Shown here piece after piece: positions 1 to 33,434 of a stretch of DNA of 64,000 bases. Source of the DNA: Bugula neritina. Taxonomy: Eukaryota > Animalia > Bryozoa. Where the stretch lies: assembly GCA_964035545.1 (NCBI GenBank), contig OZ037771.1, positions 4,723,628 to 4,787,627 on the forward strand. The letters are read 5' to 3'. The first letter of the stretch is position 1, and each line of letters begins with the position of its first letter. The notes beneath the pieces are model-generated. The model ran no database searches and had not been told where the DNA came from. It saw nothing but the letters and a program-made list of their open reading frames with translations. Position numbers and translations under genes: made by a program.

Positions 1-1200
1 GGGGCTGACTACGGTTATCTCTCACGAGATACCTTTGGCAGCCAGCACCGCCCCCACCAGACAGCCAACCCAGCGTTTAGGCCCGGAAAAGGAGGTGAGC
101 CGATAGGTATAGCATCTTTTCGACTGGGACCTGATTGAGCCTGCCCACAGTGCGTGGAGCTTTTCAGTAGTCCTGGTCAGGAAGAAGAATGGTAGCCGGA
201 GGTTCTGTGTAGACTACCACAGACTCAGGGGCGTTAACATCCAGGGTGCCTACCCTCTCTCATGGATAAATGAGTTTCTAGATGCCCTCGCAAGTAGCAA
301 GTACTTTGGTACTTTGGATATGTTTAGTGGGGACTGGCAAGTACCCCTCAGTTCTGATGCCCAGGACAAAGCAGCATTCATTGTTGGAAATGGAAAATAC
401 TGCCATTCGAGCTTACATTTGCCCCGGCAACTTTCCAATGGCTCATAGAGCAGGTCCTCAGTGGGTTGCACTGGAAGACTCTCCTAATCTATCTGGATGA
501 CGTCATTGTTATCTCCCCAGACTTTACGACTAATGCCAGTCGTCTGCGGGAGGTCTTTGACCACATCCGGGCAGCTGGACTAAAGTTGAAGCCGTCTAAG
601 AGTGCACTCCTGCAGCCGGAAATCACGAACCTGGGCCATGTGGTTGGCCATGATGGGGTTGCTACTGACCCGGAGAAGGTGCAAGCTGTGGAGGAGTGAA
701 CGTTCCCCCGAGATATCCCTGAGTTGCGGGCATACCTGGGGTTGGTAGGGTATTACCGGCAGTACATACCTGTGTTTGCAGGAGTGGCTCAGCCTTTGAA
801 TCGACTAACCCCCAAGTTGGGTCCGGTGGCAGTGGACACAAAAGAAGCAGCAGGCATTCGACCACTTCAAGCGACGGCTAATGGAGGCGCCAATTCTGGC
901 GTATCCTGATCCAGCCAAAGCGTACATCCTGAACACCTATACTAGCGACTACAGTGTTGGAGCTGTTCTGTCCCAGGTCGAGGGTAGAAGTGAGGTGGTC
1001 AAGACTCTCTCAGCCGCTGAGAAGAACTGCTGCACTACTAAGAAGGAGCTTCTAGCAGTAGTCAAGGCGGTCAAGCACTTTCAAAGCAAGGTATTGGAGC
1101 TCACCTGATACAGACTACACTTTCTTTACACCAATAAAGGTCGATTCTACTAAACACTACTCTACATCTTGTTCTTTCTTACAAAGAGTTATGTTCAACA
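1..1200 (+). mobile_element. Degenerate Ty3/Gypsy pol fragment (RT/RNase H) plus partial LTR, in intron 7 of transporter copy A
   Basis: Frameshifted ORFs with LIYLDDVIV (RT), AYLGLVGYYRQYIP and APILAYPD...AEKNCCTTKKELLAVV (RNase H). Followed by an LTR-like tail (1096-1200, AATAAA, ends TGTTCAACA) that recurs at 17183-17287. Truncated by the window edge. Confidence 0.9.
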
Positions 1201-1576
1201 CTTAGTTGCATTCAATCCACAAATTACTACAATATACTATTTTTATAACAAATTTAATATTTATTTATCTGGATTAGAGTAGAATTGGGTATACTGCAAT
1301 TGTTCGTTCAAATAAAACATGTCACACAAAAATTAAATGATGTTTAAGTTGTTGTTTACTTCAATGAAATATTTAAATGTTCTTTATTTGAATTTTAACC
1401 ACTAGGGTTTGTTTTAATTCAAAAGAAAATTTAATTTTTATAAAGTTAAACCTTTTCTTTTATCTAAGAATTATATTTGGCATACTGTATCTATTTTAAA
1501 CATTGTAGTTTTTCGAGTATCAGTTCCTGAATCATATTTCTTATCAATTGATTTTTCAAATAAGCATATTTTGCAG

Positions 1577-3807
1577 GGATTCATTTATTCTCCAATGGTA
1601 ATAGGCTGGGCGATAACTGTGTTTATCGATCTCTTAATGGGACCTTCACCACTTCTGAACTTCATATTCCATGGCAAAAAGTAAGACATCATAACATTTA
1701 TGTCTTTAGATGTGTTTGAGTTATATTTTTGAGACAATGATGGCATCATCTTAGCAAACCTTTAATTCTATTGCCTAAAGTGCATAGCACTGTGTGCATT
1801 GTGCATTAGTTTGTATTTAATTATAGGTTACAAATTGTAAAAGCTATTACAATGTTTTTCTTTATAATATGTTGATGATATTTTTTTTAAATAATGATAA
1901 ATTATATTAATAACAACATATAATTTGTCTATTTTTAAATTATGTTGATGGGTGATTGTCATCATGTTTGGTAAACAGAGTCAAACAAAGTTTTGGTTGA
2001 GTAATATATTTGTCACACTGTTTGCTTGCATGTTTAAATTAATGTAATTAGAATAAATAAATTGATACAATTTTGTAGATATTTTGAGCTGACAGTCGTG
2101 ATGAGAAGCTTGTCTTTGCTGTCACAGGCAGCCATATACGTTCCACCTTTTCAGGCAGCTATTAATATTGCCGTGTGAGTTCATGCCTTTAAAGTGCTGT
2201 CCTATATTTATTATTTGAGTATTGCTGTATAAATTTGTAAATGTTTCTAAAACAGTAAAGCTTATGATGTGTTGCAGCATTTGAACCAATTTATGCATTA
2301 ATTTTTAAGAGAGTTATTTGATGGTCTTCATCCCAGAAGGACGCTTCCTAGTTAGACGCTAGGTCAAAGTTCCCACTTAGACACTTTACAAAAGAAGATC
2401 AAAGGAATGTATTTGTGTGCTAATTAACAAACAATTGATCCAAGTTTATATAAATATACATATAATTAAATAATATTCAAATAACTTGCACACAAAATAG
2501 ACATTGTACTAAAATAAATTATAGCGTCAAACTGGGAAGCGTCCATGTGGGAAGCGTCTAAGTGAGAGCTTTGGTCTAATGCCTAACTAGGAAACGTTTA
2601 TCGGGGATGACACTATTTGCAATAGGATGCAATTAGAAAAAAATTATGTTATTATATCTTATGAGTTGCAAATAATACAAATTAGGTTATTGTCTAAAAG
2701 CTTGTATATAATTAGCAAGAAAATTTATAAGCCAAATTGTGTGCATAACTTAAGGTTAAAGCATATACTCCTCAGTATATTTGAAATAAGGAAAGAGTTG
2801 AAAAAAACAGTAATTGGCCTTTCAAAATCTGCCAAAGTAAACTAAAACACATGTATACTACTCCCAGAGTAAAAGGCTATGAAAAAGACAGCATACAGAC
2901 CTATGGAATGGTAACAGGACTACTGAATGGAGGTCTGGGTCTGGGAGCCATGGTTGGTCCAATAATGTCAGGAGCTGTCACTGATGCTACTGACTTCACA
3001 TGGACATTGACTGTATTGTCATTCTTAGATATGCTAATTGTAAGTAGAAGAAAATTACTTGTGACTTTACCATGCATTTCGAAAACTATTTGCAAAATAT
3101 AATAAAATAAATTAAATATTAGAAAAATAGTTAAGTACGTGTTTTTTAATAATTACAACTTTAAATAAAAATAATATTACAGTTAAAATTTAATTTTAGT
3201 ACTTCCTATAAATGAGTTGTCAAAGATATACGTACATATATAAATATATACATATATACATATAAACATATATATATATATATATGTTTATAATAAATAA
3301 CTTAAAGCTGCCTCTATATATTGTGTATTAGCAATTCTATAGCTATAACCACATTAATCTCTGCTGAACAAAAATAAATTCTAATAATACCAATAATATA
3401 TATGCTTGCATTTAAAAATATACTATAACTTTATGTATTGCTTAGACTATTATGTACATTGGTGATAGGGAATGCTTTAGGTTTATATAGATATGGTTTT
3501 CAGTGTAACAGTTACATTCATATAATATATAAATCTAACTGTTACACTGAAAACCTTTATATAGTTTATATGAAATAGGTGTACCAATCTTACAGGTTAC
3601 TTTTTTAACAGATATTTTTAAACGGAAAAATTCAGAAATCAGTATCATTTTGTTTATTTCACAGATGCAAGGACTTGATTTGAGTTAGAATGCATTTCAT
3701 GAATTTTACTTTTCATTTTGCAGTTGTCAGTGCTGGTCGTGTTTCTAATCTGGATGGAGATAACTAAACAGCCACTCAAACCGGAGTCTGTGAAACAGGA
3801 TACTTAG
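1577..3807 (+). CDS. SLC18B1-like MFS transporter, copy A (exons 8-11 only; 5' part outside window)
   Basis: Exons 1577-1680, 2079-2174, 2868-3039, 3724-3807, all with AG/GT boundaries and the same phases as in the other copies. Ends ...KQPLKPESVKQDT*. Confidence 0.88.
2321..2616. mobile_element. MITE-like element in intron 9 of copy A
   Basis: Imperfect long terminal inverted repeats (ATGGTCTTCATCCC...GGGATGACACTAT, plus cctagttag/ctaactagg and cacttagac/gtctaagtg). Absent from intron 9 of copy C. Confidence 0.7.
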
Positions 3808-4249
3808 TCTGACCCTTGACTTCTGTGATTTAGTATAATGTGATGACATGACTACACTAAAGTTGCTAATAATTATATGAGACAATAACAACAGAGGACT
3901 TCGGCAGACAGTGATTAGTCAGATAGGTAGAAATGTCTTAGTCTAAGAGTAATGAATATGAGATAGCTGTGAGATCTTTCTCTTCTTTCTCTTTTTTTTG
4001 AGTAAATTTTTTTGTGAATAGAAAAATATAAACTGGTATATAATCTATCAATTATGAAACATATTATGAAATCATAACATCCATGTATAATTGCTTTTTC
4101 CTTTGGACCATGTCTAAAGCAATTTTAGCTAATTTAATTTAAGTCAGAATCATTAGACATTGAAAAGTTTTATTGTTTAAATACATGCAATGAGTTTTCT
4201 ATCATTTTTATCAATCAAACTTGTTCACATTCTGCTTGAGCCTGAGGTT

Positions 4250-4716
4250 ATCATGGTTCATTAAGAAACACTGCAAGAACGGATAAAGAGCTGCAAAACA
4301 CACTATATGCTAAGCGAGTCCGGCTTATAAAGAGCCCTAACACTGACTGTGGAGCAATTAACAGGGTAAAATGTGAGATCTATATAATGGTGGTGCTTTC
4401 AAGCCTTGGCTATATATATAACTGAAACCACGGGCAATATACAGGATATAGGTGAGAAAGCTAATTGCTTTCATGATGAGGCAATTGAGAGAAATAATGA
4501 TCACAAAGTGGTATGACAAAATCACGAATGACAAAATACTAGGACATGCCAATTTGCTATGCGTGGCTGACATTTTTTATAGAAAAAACCTTTGCAGATA
4601 GCTAGGTCATGTGCACAGAATAGAAAATGACTGGGGATCATGACAACTGCTTTATTTCCAGTTGAAAGAAAGAAAAAGATTTATAGGGAGGCCAGATTCA
4701 GATTTGAAGATGCATT
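4250..4716 (+). mobile_element. Degenerate 3' fragment of an RTE-clade non-LTR retrotransposon
   Basis: Broken frames read KCEIYIMVVLSSL..., RKLIAFMMRQLREIMITKWYDKITNDKIL, LGHVHRIEND and QLLYFQLKERKRFIGRP.RFEDA. This is the characteristic post-RT C-terminal region of RTE/BovB ORFs. Confidence 0.7.
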
Positions 4717-5006
4717 TATAGGAAATCACTACCCTAAAAAAGCATTGTGCTTTGTTGTCAATAAATTATGTATGCTTATATTATATTGTATCTTAGCAAG
4801 CTTACCACAGGAAGTTCATGCTACCTACCCTTTGATTATACACATAGTTCTAAAAATATAATGAATAATTCTCCCGTTGACACTATTTCCTACGATTGGT
4901 GAGTAAAAAAATTTTCATGGCTGCTTGCACACTCTTTAAAGCAATCAAACAGCTTGGTATGTAGGTTATTACTATTATTACTAGTTTCTGTGTCAGTCTT
5001 GTTAAT

Positions 5007-19970
<14,964 letters not shown>

Positions 19971-21301
19971 AGCCTGTAAAACAGATTGCTTAGTAGGACC
20001 CTTGACCTCTGAGATTTAGTATGATGCGATGACATAACTAAACAAAAGTTACTAATAATAATATGAGACAATAACAACAGAGGTTTTTGGCAGACGGTGA
20101 TTAGTCAAATAGGTATAGAAATGTGTTAGTGTAGGAGTAATGAACATGAGATAGCTGTGAGATCTTTCTCTTCTTTTTTGTTTTTCAAGTAAATATTTTG
20201 TGTATAGAAAAATATAAACTGGTGTATAATTTATAAATGAAACATATGAAATCATCACATCCACGTATTACTGCTCTTTACTTTATAGCATGCCTGAAAC
20301 AATATTAGCTATTTTAATTTAAGTCAGAATCATTAGTCATTAAAAAGTTTCATTGTTTAAATACAATGAATATTCTATTATTTTTATATTTGTACTGTTG
20401 ACTAATTAATTGTAAAAAATAACCTAATATGCGTGTTGTACTAAATCTTATGAAGCAGGCTGAAAATAGCTGATAAAATATTGCCAACGAAAAGAAGACA
20501 ACTTTTCTAATATTCTATACATACTAGATCTTAGATTTACTCTGCATCGAATTCTTGCAATAAAGGAATGGAGAGGGGACAACTACAAATGGAGAACGGA
20601 TAAATTCTGAAAACTCCCATGAATTTATCATTACTAATTGAGCATTATTAGCAATATTAGCCACAGCTAACATGTGACACACTCCCTGCCAGGTTTTGAC
20701 ACACTAGAGTTAGTACTTGGCAGGTGGGAGTCAGGTGTGCAGAGTTTAAGTGACATGACAATAACTGACATCTGTACAAGTGATTGTACCAACTCTGTAA
20801 GACATGTGGCTAACAAAGCTTTCAACTTATGCATATATATATAATACTATAGATACAATACCAGCTATATCATGAGATATAATGGATGTGACACACTCGC
20901 TAGCAAAATATCTTTTGGTTGACTATTTTTACAATCATTATGGTCCAGCTGTTTATAGAACACTATACCTCATGCAATGGGTAACATTTTCATTTTATAC
21001 ATTTAGGAAAGCATACTTTCCTAAAAAAGACATTGTCTTTTGTTATTATGCAATAAATCACATAGAGGCCTATATTATAATATATCTTAGCTAGCTGACC
21101 ACAAAAGGTCTATGTTACATACCCTTTGATTATACACATAGTCTCAAAAATATAATGAATAATTCTCCCATTGACACTAATTCCTACGATTAGTGAGTGA
21201 AAAGGATTTCATGGCTGCTTGCACACTCTTTATATAAGGCAATCAAGCAGATCATTATGTAGGTTATTACTACTACTAGTTTCCGTGTCAGTCTGGTTAA
21301 T

Positions 21302-28090
<6,789 letters not shown>

Positions 28091-28587
28091 TTTTACTCCT
28101 GACCGCTGTGATTTAGTATAAAAAATTATCATAATAGACGTGTTATACTAAAATCCTATGAAGCCGGCTGAATATAGCTGATAAAATATTGCCAGCGAAA
28201 AGAAGAAAACTTCTCTAACATTCTATAAATACTCTTAGATTTACTCAGCATTAAACCTTTGAGATAAAAAAAATGGAGAGAGGACAACTACAAATGGAGA
28301 ACAGACAAACTCTAAAAAATCCCATAAAATTTTACTCATCATTACTAACTGAGAATTAAAAGCTTGTGATAAAATAGCATAATTAAACAATGAAATAATC
28401 CACAGTACAATATTAGCTACAGCTAAAATGTGACACACTCCCTGCCAGGCTTAGACACACTAGAGTTGGTACTTGGCAGGTGATAGTCAGGTGTGCAGAG
28501 TTTAAGTGACATGACAATAACTGACATCTGTACAAGTGATTGCACCAACTCTGTAAGACATGTGGTTGAGACTAGCAAACATTTCAA

Positions 28588-28785
<198 letters not shown>

Positions 28786-28787
28786 AA

Positions 28788-28834
28788 TCTGTGAACAGCA
28801 GCTGTTTCGGGATTTGTCCCCTCATCAGCACAGA
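28788..28834 (-). ncRNA. Minimal type I hammerhead motif (family 1), core intact, GUU cleavage triplet
   Basis: UCUGUG-CUGAUGA-GGGG acaaa UCCC-GAAA-CAG cug CUG-UU^-CACAGA. Confidence 0.75.
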
Positions 28835-29161
28835 ACACAGTACCATGGCCCACACCTTCGCGATAGTAGAAACTTATAGTTTTACTAAAGTCTATTTAAA
28901 AGGTGTGTAAACCCAAGCCAGAGTGCTTATAGCTTATAGCTGCATATAATATATCTATTTGTTTTGTTTTGTTTTCTTTATTTCCATCAAAAAAAAAACA
29001 TTACATTACATTACTCAAAATGTTAAAAAAATCTTAGGGCAGCTGTTTTATATGCAGCTATAAGCTATAAGCACTCTGGCTTGGGTTTACACACCTTTTA
29101 AATATGCTTTAGTAAAACTATAAGTTTTACTATTGCGAAGGTGTGGGCCATGGTACTCTGT

Positions 29162-29208
29162 TCTGTGCTAATGAGGGGACAAATCTCGAAGCAGCTGCTG
29201 TCCACAGA
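29162..29208 (+). ncRNA. Degenerate hammerhead motif (family 1), probably inactive
   Basis: UCUGUG-CUAAUGA-GGGG acaaa UCUC-GAAG-CAG cug CUG-UC-CACAGA, with core substitutions G5>A and A15.1>G. Confidence 0.65.
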
Positions 29209-29218
29209 TTGAGATATA

Positions 29219-29322
<104 letters not shown>

Positions 29323-29350
29323 ATATATATATGCGTGTATATATATATGC

Positions 29351-29390
<40 letters not shown>

Positions 29391-30725
29391 CATCGTGCGT
29401 GTGCGTGTGCGTGCATGTGCGTGCGTATGTGTGTGTGTGTGCGTACGCGTGCGCGTGCGTGCGCTTGCGTGTGCGGGCGTGTGCGTGTGTGTGCGTGTGT
29501 GCATGTGTGTGCGTGTGTGTGCGTGTGTGCATGTGTGTGCATGTGTGTGCATGTGTGCGTGTGTTTTTAGTCAAAATCTTCAAAATTCACTTAGTTTCCT
29601 CTACATAACTTTTTCTGTATATCCTGAATTAAAATCTGAAATTAGTCAATCGCAGTAAAATGATAAACCTAAATTTTCAAAATAAAAATACCACTTGTTT
29701 ATTATAATGAACGTTTTATAATATTGTAAAAGCCGACAGGGGTACTGCGGCACCTTTCTAATTACAATGAAAGAAAACAACCTATTAGTTGTACTTAATA
29801 AAAACAGAATAGATGCATTGGGCTAAATCAGTAATACAGAAGTTGACCACTTTATTTTAATGCCTCTACTCATTTACACCCTTGCACTGGTCAAGCTATT
29901 TCTTTTTGAGCCATGAATAGGCATATCTATGGTGGACATCTAACATGCATTCATGTATTTTATTTTGAATACCAAGATGAACAAACATGTTAATGCTTAT
30001 AGAATTCAAATTATAAAGTAAGTATGTAAATCTGCATTGATGGCATTATCTCTTTATATTTCAGTACTGGTTGCCAAGTTTGAATAATTTTTACAATCTA
30101 AAGACTCATTGTGTAATTATTAAATGTATTTCAATATCTCAGATAGAACTAATGTGATATCATATGCACCTATACAAAGCTCACATTATTACACTTGCTT
30201 TATTTAACAAGTATAATGTGTACATGAAGGGTGGCAATGAGCCTGGGTCAATCAGTGCGGTGTATAGTGAATCTAATATGTAAGAAGAGAAGTCTATAAG
30301 TTAAACACAACAGTCATCATACCATACACTGTGGTCACACTGGAAGAGCCTATTTTCTTGAAATTCGCTCACTCGAGGCTACGATAGCTTGTCTTTTTTC
30401 TTCGTCTTAACTTCTGAAAACTATTATGATACTAAGGCTACCCTTCTCATACACATATATCAAATAGCCCTATAGCTTACCATGACAGTTCTGACAGTTG
30501 TGGCTTTACTTAAGCTGAGAATACTGGACCATAATGATTGTAAAAATAGTCAACCAAAAGATATTTTACTGTAGTGTGTGTGTCGCATCCATTATTTCCC
30601 ATGATATAGCTGGTATTGTATCTATAGTATTATATATATGCATAAGTTGAAAGCTTTGTTAGCCACATGTCTTGCAGGGTTGGTGCAATCACTGGCACAG
30701 ATATCAGTTATTGCCATGTCACTTA

Positions 30726-30892
30726 GGGCACTATCTATTTTATAGCTTACACTCATTTATAAAAAATGACAAAATGTCAGGTTAAAATTACTGTAATAGC
30801 GCTAATAATTGCGCCCTACGCGTGGTGGCTATCAAATGGTAATTGAGTAGGGGCTACAGTTATCTCTATGCGTAGGGAATCTGAAAGCGCCC
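30726..30892. mobile_element. Short MITE-like insertion with TTA target-site duplication
   Basis: CAC-TTA-GGGCACT...AGCGCCC-TTA-AACTC here, versus uninterrupted CACTTAAACTC at ~40150 and ~51041. Confidence 0.72.
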
Positions 30893-31717
30893 TTAAACTC
30901 TGCACACCTGACTATCACCTGTCAAGTACTAACTCTAGTGTGTCAAAACCTGGCAGGGAGTGTGTCACATTCTAGCTGTAGCTAATATTGTACTGTGGAT
31001 TATTTCATTATTCAAAGTTATTTTTTATTACAAGGTTTTAATGTTCATTTATTAATAATGAGTAGAGTTTTATGGTATTTTATAGAAGTTTCCTTTCTCT
31101 ATTAATTGTAGTTGTCTACTCTCCATTATCTTATCCTAAGAACGTAATGCTGAGTAAATTTAAAATATAGTATTTATATAATATTAAAAGAGTTGCTTTC
31201 TTTTCGTTGGCAATATTTTATCAGCTATTTTAAGCCTAGCTGTTTCATATAATTTTAGTATAACATGTATGTTAGGATAACTTGTTGCAATTAAATATTC
31301 AACAGTGCAAATATGGAAATGAATGGTATAATATTACTTAGTTATTATATTTAAATAATGTAACTTTTTCAGTGTGTAATATGTATAATTCTAACTTGAA
31401 TTAAATTAGTTAAATGTTTTAAACTGGTCCAAGAAAAAAAGCAGTAATGCATGCATTGATGTAGCAATTTCATATGTTTCATTTATAGATTATATACCAG
31501 TTTATATTTTTCTATTCACAAAAAAATTAACTCAAAAAAAAGAGAAAGAAGAGAAAGATCTCACAGCTATCTCATATTCAGTACTCTTACACTAACACAT
31601 TTCTACCTATCTGACTAATCACTGTCTGCCAAATGTCAGTGTTTATACTGTCTTAATCTTATAGTAGTTTTAATTTAGTCATCACGTTATACTAAATCAC
31701 AAAGGTCAGGAGTAAAA

Positions 31718-33373
31718 CTATGAAGTATCCTGTTTCACAGGCTCTGGTTTGAGTGGCTGTTTAGTTATCTTCATCCAGATTAGATACACGACCAGAACTG
31801 ACAACTGCAAAATACAAACCAAAATTCATGAAATGCATTCTAATTCAAATCAATTACTTGAATCTGTGAAATAAACAAAATGATACTGATTTTTGAATTT
31901 TTCCGTTTAAAAATATCTGTTAAAACTTCACTTTTAAAATGGTACACTTATTTCATATCAACTATGTTAAATATAAATGTAAAGCATTCACTGTCACCAG
32001 CGTACATAATGTTCTAAGGCCTAAGCAATACATGATGTTATTGTATATTTTTAATTGCAAGCATATATATTGGTATCGTTAGAATGTATTTCTGTTCAGC
32101 AGAGATTAATGTGGTATAGCTATACAACAATGCTAATGCACAATATATAGAGGCAGCATTAAGTTACTTATTGTAAGTATAATATATCTTTGACAACTCT
32201 CCTATAAGAAGAATGAAACTTAAATTTGAACTACATTATTATTATTATTATTATTATTTAAGGTTGTAATTATTAAAAAAACATATTTAATTATTTTTCT
32301 ATTAAATAATTTATTTTTTTATATTTTGCAAATAGCTATCTAAATGCATGGTAAACTTACAAGTAATTTTCTTCTACTTACAATTAGCATATCTAAGAAT
32401 GACAATACAGTCAATGTCCATGTGAAGTCAGTAGCATCAGTGATAGCTCCTGACATTATTGGACCAACCATGGCTCCTAGACCCAGACCTCCATTCAGTA
32501 ATCCTGTTACCATTCCATAGGTCTGTATGCTGTCTTTTTCATGACCATTTACTCTGGGAGTAGTATATGACTTTTAGTTCACTTTGGCATATATTGAAAT
32601 GCAAAAACATTAATTTTTTGTTCAGCTTATTTTTGTTCTGAAACATACTAAGGACTTGATAATCGAATAATACAAGCAACTTTATACTTTTCTTTTACTA
32701 ATTACAAGCTTGCAGGCAAAATCATAACTTACAGAACTTATATGAGAACATGAGGTATAGTAACTGCGTTTCCATTGCTTTGCATTATGCTAATGAAATT
32801 TTCATTTGATGTTTGGGAACCATAAATTAATGCAAACCGCAACCACAAATCCATCCTTATGAATATTCATATGCCTCCATTCAAAAAATGAAAATGCAGT
32901 AACTGGCACAAATCTCTAATTGTTATAGTTCAAATAACTTGCATTAATAGAAGTGTAACAAATCACAAACTTTACTGCTTTAGAAACAGTTAGGAATTAT
33001 TACTATCAATATTGGAAAAATAAATTAAGACAGTGCTTTGAGTGGGAACTCACACTGCAAGATTAATAGCTGCCTGAAAAGGTGGAACGTATATGGCTAC
33101 TTGTGACAGCAAAGACAAACTTCTCATCACTACTGTCAGCTCAAAGTATCTACAAAATTGTATTGATTTAAATATGCAACCAAAAAGTGTAACAGATATA
33201 CTCAGATAGAAAATGTTGACTCTGTTTAGCAACAATGACGACAATTACCTATCAGCCTAAATTGCAATTAATATAATAATGATAATAATAATATAATTTA
33301 TAAATTCGTTTTTAAAATTGCTTACCAATATATTAATTATAAGAGGGAACTTTAAAAATTGATTTTACACACT

Positions 33374-33434
<61 letters not shown>

